Part shown: piece after piece, positions 12,209 to 25,924 of the stretch | Layout: each line of letters begins with the position of its first letter | Position numbering within the stretch: position 1 is the first letter of the stretch | From: Eledone cirrhosa | Lineage: Eukaryota | Assembly (NCBI GenBank): GCA_964016885.1 | Contig: OZ024740.1 | Coordinates: forward strand, 243,040,001-243,104,000 | Reading direction: 5' to 3' | Length of the DNA stretch: 64,000 nt | Program-made: the position numbers and the translations under genes | The notes under the pieces: generated by a model | Seen by the model: only the letters and a program-made list of their open reading frames with translations | Told to the model about the DNA's origin: nothing | Databases searched by the model: none

Positions 12209-13899
12209 GAGAGGACAAGAGATGAAATGTAAAGTAAATAACATCTGTAGAAGCTATCTTGAACAGCATGACAGTTATCTGTATTTTTCAGAGAAACAGT
12301 GCAGCAGAGCATAAGGGGAGCAAGCAATCTTTCAACTATTCAAATATCGATCTAATAATGTAATATAATGTAGACAGGAGAAAATATATAGACATCAGAA
12401 TAACCAGACATGGAGATCTGGTTAAGAGTTTGGTCAATAATATGAGTCAAATTAAATCTCTTCAATTGCGCATACAATATTGCGTATATACCTATATTAA
12501 CATGTAATACTTATGCATACATACACATCTGTCTCGCATGTTAAATACATATGCATACATACACATCTGTCTCACATATTAAATACTATAATAACTATAT
12601 ATACAATACATAGAGAATGATCTTTAAAAAATAAGCTAATAACTAGAAAAATATGTTTTATCTCCAGAAAGAAGTAAATGAACAGGTAATGATATAGTAA
12701 AAAAAAATGGGATATAGCTCTATTATTAGAATTGAAGTAGTGTTTAGCAACATACAACAATTCATGAAACTATAGCCAAAAGTTTATTTTAGACTTGACT
12801 TCTAAGTTCAAATTCAATGTGAACGTTTCCATGTGGTTACATAACCTGCTAATATATAACAATCAAATTTCCTGTAAATCTCACCCTATCATTTGGATAA
12901 TGTAGTTCCTGATATCAAAATGTCAGAATGGTCATTAGCCAAGACCTGCTTGATCAGAACTGAACTGAGATTAAACAACAAGTAGGTCTGAAAATTAAAG
13001 AATTATGTTTGAAGTTCTAATAGATTTGTTCTTGTTCTTTGTTAGCAAAATATATTTCAATAAATTAAATTTTGTCAACCATCAGATGTGTGAAATATAC
13101 TCTTGGTGGATGTATAGAAATCCTACTCAGAACATCTCAAACAGTTTAGAATAGAAACATTTTATGGTTATTAAAAAGAACAATAGCTAAACTGATGATA
13201 ATGATGATAACAATGACAACAATGACACATGAGAGCAATCCATCAAAACAGATAATTCCACATTTTATTTTTTCTTGAGCGGAATGCAATATACATTGCA
13301 ATATATGCAAGGAAACCATCTGGGAAACAAAGAATGTATTTGTGCATTGCATTGAATGTGTTTGTTCACCTCACAAATTGCAAATTATTTTTCTAGGCTT
13401 TTAATTTGTATTCTAAAATGTACACACACACACACACACAAATTTGATCCCAGACAGTATTCCTTAATGATACTGATTCATCACCATGAAAACACAATTA
13501 GCAAGTGCAAAAATCTTTAGTAATTTCAACTGAACAGAACAACCTGTCCTGATAATATTTCTAAAATCACCTTCAAGTAGTATGTTCCTTCTGTGGTAGC
13601 CCTTGTTGCTATCAAACTTCTTTCTCTCTCTCTCTCTCTCTTTCTGGGTAGCTACCTCAATTTCATCATCATCATCACAGTTTAATATTTATTTTCCATG
13701 AGATAGACAGTCTATCCAGTACTGAGGCCAGACTAGTCAGGTAACTAACTTATATGCTCTATTTTTGACTTGGTTTATAAGGTTGGATGCCCTTCCTAAT
13801 GTCAACCCCTTTGCAGTATGTACTAGGAGAATTTTATCATAATTCTGGCACTCTTGCCTTACAGATTGAATTGTGTATGCCCATTCTCAACATCACTTT

Positions 13900-14260
13900 C
13901 TAGTCTTTCTTACAGCCAACATGTCAGTAGTGATGGAAACTTGAAGTTCTTTTCCTCTTCAGTGATCTCCAGATTTGTATCAATAGAGTCAAACCAACAA
14001 GAAACCTGTTTTCTTAAATCACATCAGTGATCTTTTAACTTTGAGTAGTTTGATGAAACTAATGTTACTGCTGTTGACATCAGAAAAGCATTCAACTGTG
14101 TTTGGTTTGAGAATCTGCCAACAAAGAATCTCCATCTGCCATTCAGATTTCAATTTTGCAGGCAGACTTCTTCACTATAGCAGGATGTCAGCTTACATTT
14201 TATGAAATGTGGTGTATTGCAAGATTTTTCCTTGTGTGTTCTGCATTCTTCTTTCTGTAA
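13900..14260 (+). pseudogene. CR1/Jockey-group RT relic
   Basis: FDETNVTAVDIRKAFNCVWFENL resembles ALDISKAFDRVWH. Heavily decayed. Confidence 0.55.
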
Positions 14261-15894
14261 ACCAAACAATTGGTGTACAGAAACACACACACACATTACA
14301 ACATACCTCATTCATTGATAACTTTTGTACGGAGACAGTGTAGTAGAAAGGTCATTATATGGCTCCCAGTACTGATAAAATAGAAATAATGGATGTTTAG
14401 TATGAAATTCTATAGATTGAGATCTGTGGAAATGTATTCCAGATTGTCACGGCTCTAGGAGGGAATGATGAACAAACTGTTCTGATCTGTGTCTGTGTGG
14501 TGTGATACAGTAGGATCAATAAGAGAAGGAAAGACTATCATACTGTGTGGATGTAGTGCACAATCTGTTAGTTGAAGATAACAGAAGTTATTGTAATAGT
14601 AGTAGTGTTGCACCTCCATCATTTCTGACAACCAGTGTTCCAGTTATTTGACCAACAGAAGAGCTTACTCATGAGATTAGTATGAAAGTGGCTGAGCATT
14701 CCATAGCCACACATACCCTTAATGCAGTTCTCAGGGAAATTCAGTGTTACACAGTGTGTGACAAGGCATGTAGTAGCAGTATAAAACCACAAAAAGAAAA
14801 CAACGCATCTGTGTGTTAGTGTTTGTTGTGTGTTGATGAATGGGCCATTTCCTATCAGTCAAATTGGGTGCCTTTTTTTAGATGTGGCCTTTAGAGTCTG
14901 TCTATTGGTGGTATTGGGGGCAATTAGGTTATAATGTCCCTATTGGATAGTGTTTTTGAGATCTCTGTTCCTCAAAATATTATAGATTGGGTGTGAAGAG
15001 TCTATATTGTGTGTGCATTTTATTTTAATTTGAAAATATGAAGAAAGAATAAGCAGTGATTTCATTTGAGTGTATTTGGGGGGGGGAGGGGGTGCACCAG
15101 CAAATCTGTCAATGTACAAAAGGAAAAGTGTGAGAGACATGAAACATTACAAATCTTTAGTGTATACCAAAGTTAGAATGTTGGTGGGAGAGAGCTCCAT
15201 CAATGCAAACTATTTCAAAACCAGAAGATAAGAATACACTCATTTGATCTAAACCCTCCTCCTACTATTTTTTTTACAGATTTAATCAGAGAGGGAAAAG
15301 CAGTTCCCATGACCCTTTTCATGGCTTCCAAACTGGTAACCAGCAGGAAGATATCTTTAAACAAGAGACCTAGCCTAAATGTTTTCAACAGAATGGATAC
15401 TGCTAATGGTCTCCAAGGACATGGTGTTGGTGTTAAAATGGGTGATGGGTTACTCAAGTAGGAAAACAGCAGGATTTGAACTCAGAATACAAATATCACA
15501 AGGCATCTTGTTGAACACTAACAATTCTGTGAATCGACTACTCTTGACTGATACTTCATATTATCAACCGAAAAAGGGTGAAAAGCAAAGTTGGCCTCAG
15601 TAGGATTTGAACTCAGAGCTTAGAAACCTGGAACAAATACAATACCACAAGAGACTAAATCTTCCACTCTAACAACTCTGCTTTTACACCACCTGTCGAA
15701 AATGTCATGGTTATCATCAGTGTAAATGTTTCTCCACAATGAAAGTAATCATTTAAGAAGTATGCTAATGAAGAGACTCAATGTGATAACAACACAGCAC
15801 TGCATACAAATAAGACTTACTATTAATCTAATGACCAGACTTCTTTATACTATAATATAATTATAATCCATATATGGCACTACATGATATCACC

Positions 15895-16262
15895 TCATCA
15901 TCATCATCATCGCTTAATGTCTATCTTCCACGCTAGCATGGGTTTAGATGAGATTTGTCCCACTTGAGGCAAGATTGGTCGTCTCGATTGTATGGGACTG
16001 TCTGGCAGGTTTTCTATGGCTGGATGTCCTTCCTAACACCAACCACGTTTACAGCATGGACTGGGAGATTCTTACCGTGTTACCTACACGGCCACATTAC
16101 AGCGTGGAGTGTGTTTTTTTTTGTTGTGACACCTACTCAACTTTATTTATTTAGGACTGGATGTTGTGGTACCAACATAACTTTACAGAGAAAGGGGTGT
16201 GTTGATGGGGTGGGGGTGGGCGAGTTGGGGGTAGTGGGAGGGAGGTGTATATTTGATTAAGA
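15895..16262 (-). mobile_element. RTE 3'UTR fragment
   Basis: (CAT)n tail and a UTR closely similar to the 36804 copy. Confidence 0.85.
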
Positions 16263-16286
16263 ATTCTATAATATTAATACGTTTAT

Positions 16287-17740
16287 CATCATCATTATCA
16301 TCGTTTTGATGACCACTTTTTCATGCTTGCATGGGTTGGATGGATCTTTCTCAGCACAACATCTTTCCACTTGTGTTCCTTCCTCATCTCCTCTGCCAGT
16401 CTCAGCGATTTGAGGTCAGCTCTCACAACCTCTTTCCAGGTATTTTTTGGTCTACCTGGCATTTCCTGGCATTTCTTCACCCATTGGACATTGTCCATAT
16501 GCATCACATGTCCATATCAACTCAGTCATCTCTGCTACACACCATTTCGTATTACCCTTAAACTCAGCTCCTCCCTCAGCTCATCCAAGCTCTTGTTTTC
16601 TCTCACATTTACATTGCTCATCCAACGAAACGTGGTTGCTTCATTTCTCTCAAATCTATGCATGTTCTCTGCAGTTACTGCCCTTGTTTCATTACCATGC
16701 AGCATTGCACACCATACACAGGCATCATACAGCCTTCCTTTTGTACATAGGGAGAAACCTTTTGTTCTAAGCTGTAGGAGTAGTTCTCTAAACTTCTTCC
16801 ATTCTATCCTTATTCTAGCTATTATACTCTCGACACACACTCCTTTGCTGTTAATTAGGTCACCTAGATAGCAGAAGTTATCAACCACATCTATGGATCC
16901 TTCCTGTGACTGGAAAAGGTTTATATCATTAGCACACTTCCTCTCAATTTCTCCTGTGTATCTTCTACAAGCAAAGGCCTCCCTTTCTGTTATTCTACTC
17001 GTTATCCCACTACATCTTTTGTGTACCCGAGATTTACATTGTGTTCATTATATGCAGTTTATGCCTACTCCTTTTCTGCATTATGAGCAGGGCCTCTTCC
17101 CTGAGGGAACCTGGGTCCTGTCTTCTCTCCTACTCACTAGCACTTTAGTTTTGACTAAGTTTACTCTCAGACATTTTGATTCCAAATTTAGTTTCCATAA
17201 TCAAAATTTATTTTCTAGTTCTTTTTCGGTTTCAGCTATGGGGACCAAATCATCTGCATAGAGAAGTTCCCATGGGCAACCTGTTTTAAACATATCTGTT
17301 ATAGTCTGAAGAACTATGATGAAAAGTAATGGGCTAAGAACTGAACCTTGATGAACTCCTACCTGCACCTTGAAATTCCCTGCTAAACTCATTTCCTACT
17401 GACAGCTCCTCTCTACATAGCTTGCACTGCTCTCACAAGCCATTCTTCTACACCTAATTTCCTTGAGGACCACCAGATAATAGATCAAGGTACTCTGTGA
17501 AAGGCCTTTTCTAAATCAACAAAAACTTAATATAGTGGCTTATTTTTGGCTAGGAACTTTTCTTGTCGTTGTCTCACTAAAAAGAGGGCATCTTTAGTAC
17601 TTTTCTCAGGCATGAAACCAAACTGCATCTCATCTTTCCCTAATTAGCTGTGCTGTAACTCTTTCTGCCACTTTCATAACTTGGTCCATTAGTTTTATTC
17701 GTCTATAGCTGCTCCTTTCTAGAGCATCACCTTTGTCTGT
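16287..17740 (-). mobile_element. 5'-truncated RTE LINE (RT + decayed PHD)
   Basis: QGSVLSPLLF, PWELLYADD, FCYLGD, GRPKNTW. Many stops. Confidence 0.92.
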
Positions 17741-18560
17741 AAAAGTTTTTCATAGAACCTGTCCAGAGCATAGTTAGATGTGATTGTCACCAGTCTATTT
17801 CCTACAGTTAATCTAAGCTGGATGATTCTGTCATTTATTCTAACTTATCTATCCATTTCTGGTAAATAGCTGAAGGATTAGTAATAATAATTAGATGAAG
17901 AGTTAAAAGCTATCGTGAAAAATATCTGAGAGGTTAGACGTAAGTGGATGTAATGTTAAGAAAGGGATAATAATATAAAAAAAGAAACCTTCCACCCCAG
18001 CATCATCTAAGAACCTTTGTTAAGTTATGTTCCAAACACCAGCTTAATATTAAAAATGTTAGTTATATTATTAAATCCTCCAAATTTCTGATTATTTTCA
18101 AAATATCTAAAGACCATAGGTAGTGCTTTCCATAAGAAATATAGTAACAAAAGGAATATTAGATAAAAAAACACTCAACCAAAGACAATTGACAATTTAA
18201 ATTACTAAATGTTTTCAATGGAATGTTAATCATTAAAATGAAACGTTAATCATTAAAGAGTAAAGTAATCAGATATCTGAATACATCTTAGTGTCAGTTT
18301 CCATTATTCAGTGACTTTCACAATGTGAAAGTGACATTGCTATGACATTGCCATCACTACCATTTCTGCAATCAATCACAGTTACTTATGAGGCAAAACA
18401 AACCTTTTCACTAGCAAACATTATATGATTTTCTCCAGAACATGAACAAAGAAGTGGCTGTATGGTTTCATTTTGCAACCATTCAGGCCAATGCTTTGTA
18501 ATTGGAATTTAAAAACTATACATACACACATACACACAAATATAAAAATATATATACATA

Positions 18561-19070
18561 ACATCATCATCATCATCATCGTTTAACATCCATTTTCTAC
18601 GCTAGTTTAGGTTAGACAGGTTGTACTATTTGAGGCAAGTTGGGTCATGTAACCGTGTCTTACTCATATAGAACTGTTTCTGACTTGGGCTGGATGCCCT
18701 TCCTAATATCAACCACATTTACAGTGTGTGCTGCGTGCTTTTTGTCATCACTCCTACATGACCACTTTACAGTGTGGACTGGGTGCTTTTTGTTGTGACA
18801 CCTACACGACCACTTTACAGTGTGGGCTGAGTGATTTTTGTCATGAAACCTTATAGTTACTTGAGCGTGATTTTGTATTACAAAAGAATGAGCCTTTAAT
18901 CATTTCATTTTCATTTTACATCCGCTTTTTCCCTGCTTGCAAGGGTGGGACGGGAACTAATTCTGGCTTGATTTCTACAGCTGGATGCCCTTCCTAACAC
19001 CAACCTCATTTACAATGAGTGCTGAGTGCTTTTTTTGCTGTGGCACCTCCACAACCACTTTGCAGTTGAA
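18561..19070 (-). mobile_element. Two RTE 3'UTR fragments
   Basis: (CAT)n tail, GGATGCCCTTCCTAA motifs and ~48-bp ccactttacagtgtg... subrepeats. Confidence 0.8.
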
Positions 19071-19089
19071 TGATATGGACCCCAGTCCC

Positions 19090-19240
19090 TATCATCTCAT
19101 TTCTACAGCTGAGTAAACTGGAGCAATGTGAAATAAAGTGTCTTGCTCAAGGAAACAACACATCACCCGGTTTGAGAATTGAACTCACAATCTTTCGATT
19201 GCAAGGCCAATGCTCTAACCACTAAGCCATGTGCCTCCTT
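19090..19240 (-). mobile_element. tRNA-derived SINE, second family
   Basis: Reverse complement reads ggcacatggcttagtggttagagc...gagttcaattc...ccttgagcaagacactttatttcacattgctccag. Related copy at 42397-42520 (+). Confidence 0.75.
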
Positions 19241-19850
19241 TATTATGTATTTTATATATTTTAATACATTGTATTAGTAATACAAGCAGCAAATTGGCAG
19301 AATTGCTGGAATGTCAGATAGATTGCATTGCAGTATTCATTTCAACTCCCTGAGTTCAAATTCGTTGAGGTCAACTTTGCCTTTCACCTATTCGAGGTTG
19401 ATAAAAAAAGTACCAGTCTAGTACTGGGGTCAATTATTCATCTGTATCTTTTTCTCACTTCCATTCTCTCACTCTCTATTCTTCTCTAAGAAATCTGCTG
19501 TATTCAGACCTGGAGAGGAGATGGACTCCACCAGGTTTGAAAATACTCTAGAAACACTGAGTGTCAATACAGTTCTCCGACAACTCTCTCGGTAGTTACG
19601 AGAACAGGCATGCATTAGTAATACACACAAAAACTGTCAGTTTCATAGATATTATTGACCAAAACACATTTTCATTAACAGAACTTGTATGTGCATCATG
19701 TCATAGATGTACATAGAAGTTCTGATAATGGAGAATATGTGATTTTGTTAATAAAGTCTATGAAACTGGCAGTAATTTTGTGTGCATTCCTAATACTATC
19801 TATTGATATATATTTATATATTTATATATTTATATATTTATATATATATA

Positions 19851-19975
19851 GTTCAAGGAGACAACAAACAGAGGTACAAAAAGTCTTATTAGTTTTATGC
19901 TTTATGTTGGAAAGAGGAAAGAAAATTTGATGTGTCAGGCTTAAGCACTTCTTTAGTGTTTATGCTAGTGTATAT
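19851..19975 (-). mobile_element. PLE-like remnant in (AT)n with a dead minimal hammerhead
   Basis: Minus strand CTAAAGA-AGTGC-TTAA-GCCT-GACAC-ATC resembles the minimal CTGAAGA-stem-GAAACGTC. Flanked by AT repeats. Confidence 0.4.
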
Positions 19976-20894
19976 GTGTATATATATATATATTAGCGTA
20001 AACACACTACCTTGAAGATAGTGTGTTTTGCACTGATATTATATACACTAGCAGAAAAACCACCCTTCAGGTGGTTTTCTGCTAGTATGTATAGTGTGAA
20101 TATTGATATTATACGCAGGTATATATGCATGTAGATATTATCAAATAAAATCATAATTGACAATATCCACAGAAATTGAACGAAGACTGCGTTACACTGT
20201 CTTATGTAATAAGTAACGTAATCCATGATGCATTATATATAAACTGCATTAGGAGAAAATTAGTGACAGAAAATTAGTAAGTGATGGTCAACCGGAAGTG
20301 TTGAGATTTCAGAAATTTTAAAGAAGTGAATCTTTAAATAAACAAAATATATTTAATCAACAGCCACGAAATTTAGCAGATAAATTATGTAATATTCATT
20401 CATTATTTATTCAAAGTAATTCAACTTTTACTAATGGGATAAAAAATGATTAACCGTACGCAGTCCCGCGTTCCTTACTTTATTATAGTTTAGATTCCTA
20501 GAATATATATGAAGATGAAAATAATAATGGAAACTGTAGCAGTTCCTGATTTGAGGATGCAATCAATGAAAGAGTCCACTATCTATTGTATCTGTATACA
20601 TTCCAATTATATTATGATTTATTTAGTACACGTTATGTGTGAGGATGTGAAAGCTAAAGTGTGAGTTGTAAGCGATAATATTAGATCTAAGTTGACAGCC
20701 TTATCAATAATTTAAATGAAACAGTTCTTTAATCTCAGAAGATGAATGGGGAATGGGTGATAGTAGCCTCTGTCCATTACCGCTACATAAATTGAAAAGA
20801 GGATTTTTCTGGAAGCTCCTAAAGAATCTTTCCTTTAATCACCTGAATGCACTACATTTCTCATCCATCTTTTCCCTATAGTTTATTTCAATTC

Positions 20895-21416
20895 CATCAT
20901 CATCATCATCATCATCACCGTTTTACGTTCATTCTTCCACGCTAGCATGGGTTAGACGGGTTGTCCTGTTGTGGGCAGTGTCTGGTCGGCTGACCATGCC
21001 TTGCTCATAGAGGAACTGATTTTGGTTTGGTTTCTACAGCTGGATGCCCTTCCTAACACCAACCTCATTTACAGTGAGTGCTGGGTGCTTTTTCGTGGCG
21101 CCTACACGTCCACTTTACAGTGTGGGCTGGGTGCTTTTTTTGCCGTGGCACCTCCACGACCACCTTGCGGTGGGGGGTGTGGGGGCATATTGTCTATATG
21201 CTTCAGCTTGTACCCATGGGAGGTCGGGTACTCTGTATTACTGCGTGATGCCAGAAGTCACGGTCGTGTGTCATTGCCTTTGAGAGGTGTAATTGGGTAA
21301 GGTCGGCTTTTATCACCTCATCCCAGGTCTTCTTGGGTCTCCCCACTTCGCGGTTTCCATCAACTTCTAGTGCTCTGCACCTTTTTATGCAGCTGTCATC
21401 CTTCATACGCATCACC
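20895..21416 (-). mobile_element. RTE 3' fragment, same subfamily as 2431-5643
   Basis: VMRMKDDSCIKRCRAL...GRPKKTWD, with UTR and (CAT)n tail. Confidence 0.92.
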
Positions 21417-21860
21417 TGAGATATGAATGCATTATTAAGCATTTCACTTCAGTCCTGCATGGTTTGGGGTTCAATCCCACTGTCTGGTCACTTGGACAAG
21501 TGCCTTCTACTACAGTCCTGACCTAACCAATGCTTGTGAATTTGCTGAAATTGTAGGAAATCCGGCATGTGTGTATGTGTGTGTGTGTTTGTATGTGTGT
21601 ATTTCAGTTATTGCAAAAACTTCACATCGATACCAGCAGTCACATTGTTTTTGTTCCCTATAAACATTACATCTTGTAGCAGATGTAAAAATGATGATGA
21701 CAAAGATAATAATCTTTCATTGAATGCTACTTCATTAAATGCTACTTCATCATATATCTTAATTAATCTCTTGCTTTCCAAGGGGAATAATCTCTTCTAT
21801 ATTTACTGGAAAAACCAACTGAGCAAGATAGCTGGATAACATCCATGAGCTCGACTGCTT

Positions 21861-21885
21861 GAAGAAGAAGAAGAAGAAGAAGAAG

Positions 21886-21914
<29 letters not shown>
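21861..21914 (+). repeat. (GAA)n tract, probably the tail of a truncated LINE
   Basis: Preceded by gcaagatagctggataacatccatgag, shared with 27476-27502. Confidence 0.8.
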
Positions 21915-21916
<2 letters not shown>

Positions 21917-22990
21917 TGAGGATTTTGATAAACGAGTGTTTTATTTAATGTCTTATATACATCCAGTAAAAAATTCAGTAGTTTATATTTTATGATTTTT
22001 GATTTATTATTTATTACGATGACAACAGACGAGATTTTATACCAACAAGGAAATTTGGATTTGGAGGGTCAACATATATGTTTTTTTTGTTTTTTAATAA
22101 TTAAATTTCCATAAATAACCCTTCTAATTAGATAAATACAGAATAGAAATATTGATTTTTATATTAAGTATTTACTCAGAAATCCAATAATAACTGCCAT
22201 ACCACATTTCACAACCTTGACAACTAGTCTTGGTATATTGCAAATGTTGATTTTTAGTTTACTTGAAAAGATTGTCAATTACTGATTCACACCTCTAATA
22301 TTCTTTTGTTCTGGTAACGGTTTGTTTGACCCCTTTCAGCTCCCTTTTGTTGTATGCGGCCCTAGATGTATGTATTACCACCTTTGTATATATTATATGC
22401 ATAGAGTCAAGACCCTTTTATGGTCTGAGTTCAAATCCAGCTGAGGTTATCTTTGCCTTTCATCCTTATGGGGTTGATAAAATAAAGTACCAGTAATGCA
22501 CTGGATAATTGCTGGCCTTGTGCCAAAAGTAGAAACAATTATATGTGTTTGTGTTTTCGTTCTGTAACCATTATATTATTATATTTTAAAGAAAATACTT
22601 CATGCTCATTAAATATTACATATGCTCCATTCCTTATTTAACATCACATCATCTGGAAGAAGGGGCTGTACCCATGATCTATGCAGGCTCTTTGATTGAT
22701 GTTAATGTTCAGTTTAAATTATTGCAGGTTAACTCCTGCAGGAAAGATGTGTAGGGAAAAAATTCAAGAGGGAGACATTCTGTGGAGGAAGTAGTGAAGA
22801 TAGTGATTAGTGTGGTACCACGGTGGGATTGGACATAATATGGGTTGTAAGAAGAGGGAAAATGAACGAGGTAGAAGTGCCTGAATAGCTCCTCTTTATA
22901 GCAAAATTCAAATAGTTAAAAACAGAAAATAGACATGCATGTATGATTACATACATAGATTACATATTTACATGCATTACATACACACAC

Positions 22991-23032
<42 letters not shown>

Positions 23033-23038
<6 letters not shown>

Positions 23039-23400
23039 GATATTAACAAATGGAAACTATATTTATAAAACCATATTTATTTCATTATACATATATCAAG
23101 CATACCATGTTAAATTATGGTATGCCTTCATCAGACAAAATACAATATATACCAGTTTTATAAATAAACATTGACGTACCCTTTCAAAATGCAACCGTTA
23201 CTTTCGGAAGACATCAGGATGTCTTCCAAAAGTAACGGTTACATTTTGAAAGGGTACGTCAATGTTTATTTATAAAACTGGTATATATTGTATTTTGTCT
23301 GATGAAGGCATACCATAATTTAACATGGTATCCTTGATATATGTATAATGAAATAAATATGGTTTTATAAATATAGTTTCCATTTGTTAATATCGTATAT
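23033..23400. repeat. ~368-bp near-perfect palindrome with a hammerhead-like motif in each arm (PLE-like)
   Basis: Arms pair about a 2-nt centre (23216-23217) with few mismatches. CTGATGA-stem-GATA-TATGTA-TA at 23291-23355 (+) and 23078-23142 (-). Between two long (AT)n tracts. Confidence 0.9.
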
Positions 23401-23482
23401 TTACTCCAAATACTTGTCGAGTGCTTTATATCAGTTATAAAAATATTTGCTTGTTGTATCCCAACAATTTAAATAGAACTTT

Positions 23483-23538
<56 letters not shown>

Positions 23539-23750
23539 TAATTTCATTTTAGAAATACAAAATAATCTCCTAGAGAAACAATAAAATAAAATTGTATACA
23601 TTCAAGATATGTAAATAAACAAAGCAGAAAAATGAAATATTTCTATGCAGCTTTTGGATTTTTGAAATCAGGATTTTAGATTAGGTTGGCTTCAATAGAA
23701 ATCCTTGTGTAAATATAAATGTAAAGAAATGCATACTTTTCCAGTTCTAC

Positions 23751-23850
23751 CTGGTTCTCCATTTAACAGAACCCCATTATACATCTCCAAGTAATAACAT
23801 TGGATCATTGTGGAAGGAATATCTTTAAACCATTTATGAGAGCACAATGA
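23751..23850 (-). CDS. Candidate host exon (100 nt, SLCSHKWFKDIPSTMIQCYYLEMYNGVLLNGEP)
   Basis: cctcctcttatgaatcttag | exon | gtagaa. Phase 0 matches the preceding exon. Confidence 0.5.
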
Positions 23851-24620
23851 CTAAGATTCATAAGAGGAGGAAATATTCAATTAAAACCAAATATGAACAT
23901 ATTTAGATAAAATACACACGCATTTAAATGTGGGTGCACATGTACATGTACATATATATATATGTAAATATAGTAAAAAATCGGTAGATTTTAAAAGGAA
24001 AAAGTAAACAGGTTCAATCTGGTATGAGAGCTGATCTATTTCATATCATTTATCTTCATACATGGAACAAAAGGCACCACCTATGGTTTCAAGGTCCAAT
24101 TATGACCAATCTTACCCAAGTGCCTAATGACTAGGTTCCATGCATGAACCTAAATATATAATATCATCATCATCATTTGATGGCCATTTTCCATGCTAGC
24201 ATGGGTTAGACAGGTTGTCCCATTGTCAGACAGGTCAGATCAGATGACTGTGTCCTGCTCATACAGAACCATTTCTGGCTTGGTTTCTACAGTTGGATGC
24301 CCTTCTTAATGCCAACTACATTTACAGTGTGCATTGAGTGCTTTTTGTCATATCTCCAACATAACACTTCACAGGTTGAGCTAGGTGCTTTTTGTCGTGT
24401 TGCCATCACAACCACATTACATGGTGGACTGGGTGTTTATTGTCATGCCATGTCATTAGCATGATCATCCTATAGTACGGGTTGGGTGCCTTTTATCAGG
24501 TCACTATCATGACCATGACCACCTTACAGGTGTCTGTAGATGTTATGGGTCTTGTATAAACATAATTTTAACACTTCTTTACTAATATTTTTTTTAAAAT
24601 GACAATGACAGAAGATTCAC

Positions 24621-24771
24621 TTGCAGAAGCATTCTGCAGTTTCTGGCGGGCATTTTATTCCACACAAAACCTAATGGATTGAAGGATTTACTGCTAGAAA
24701 CAATTATCTCAACAGAAAGATAAATTGACAACACCCAAATTTTCAATCTCTTGATAGTGCTAGATGATAAG
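24621..24771 (-). CDS. Candidate host exon (151 nt, LSSSTIKRLKIWV...GFVWNKMPARNCRMLLQ)
   Basis: ttaattcctttag | exon | gtgaat. Single open frame, phase 2 to 0, compatible with both neighbours. Confidence 0.55.
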
Positions 24772-25924
24772 CTAAAGGAATTAATCAACAAGTAAAGATG
24801 GATTCTGAGTTTCATTCCTGACTGAGCATAATGTATAATCTCTTATGACTTTGTCGTTAATGCTGACCTGACGTCTTTATTCTTTACCAGCATTAATAGC
24901 AGCTTTGATTTAAAATAGGATTGTACATTGTTTCCATGAATATTTGGAATTTAATAATGTTGTTTCCAAATTTAAGACTGTAAAAGCCACTATATGTAAT
25001 TCACATTTTGAATATATATTTGTGAAAACTGTTTTTCTAAGTACTGATTATACTGGCTGGCATTAAAGCATATATATTGTACATTATAATTATTTGTATT
25101 TTTGGCTTCACAATAAGATCTTTAACCAAATTACAATTAGAAAGGCTCAACAAAACAAAAATAATATATACTAAGAATCCACACTGGTGCAGCAGAGAAA
25201 CTTGAATTTATCATCAATAAATCATATTCTTAGTTACTGATAACTGCATTTGACTAATGGTAAAATACTGGGAGAATAACTGTCATATTTTATTGTCAAT
25301 TCAGCCTTTTTGTCACTATATTTCTAATGAAATATACTGCCTATGTGTTTCAGTTAATTTTTTTAAATAATAAAAAAGATAGATTTAATAACTAACTTAA
25401 TCATTAGTAAGCTGCTGTTTACAACATTACTTAAGATTTTTGTAATAAAATTATGACAGAAGGTTTTAATATAAGTATGGAGATTTTAAAATGGGAAATT
25501 TTGTATCATAGAATCAGGGAGATTTCAAGCAGGTTGTTATCAAAAGGAGTAAGGTCACTTAACTGAAATAGGCATGCTAAAAGAGTAAGCAATAAGCTAG
25601 AACAACCTTTATCATTTGTAAGTTTTCCTTTTGTAAGTTTTCCTTTCTCACATACATCAGTAAATTTTATTTAAATTACCCACTTTCAATTAGTGAATGG
25701 GTGTAAAGAATATGATCTAAAACTACAGTGGAAGCCACTTATAAATATATTTAATGTTATCTAATCATTATTGTTGGCAAAATCAGTTGGTCCAAAATAT
25801 GTTCAGGATATTATATTTTCTGCTTAATGTTATCAATTAGTGACTGTTAATCCTTAGATCCATCTAACTGGTTCAAATATAGAAAATAGATAAATCTGTT
25901 ATTATCATTATTATCATTGATTTC

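Noticed and set aside
14780-15460. Possible Penelope ORF relic on the minus strand
   Set aside because: No diagnostic RT or GIY-YIG motif could be read with confidence.
18700-18850. Regularly spaced ~48-bp repeats resembling a CRISPR array
   Set aside because: Tandem subrepeats of the RTE 3'UTR, with no unique spacers, no cas genes and a eukaryotic context.
19498-19572. Hammerhead-like GAAAC-ACTGAGT-GTC with CTGTATT/AATACAG stem
   Set aside because: No CTGANGA directly after stem I; the nearest is CTGGAGA five bases later, and stem II is ambiguous. At best a decayed relic.
20291-20300. ACCGGAAGTG ETS-like site as a promoter
   Set aside because: Single short motif with no supporting first exon or CpG-rich context.
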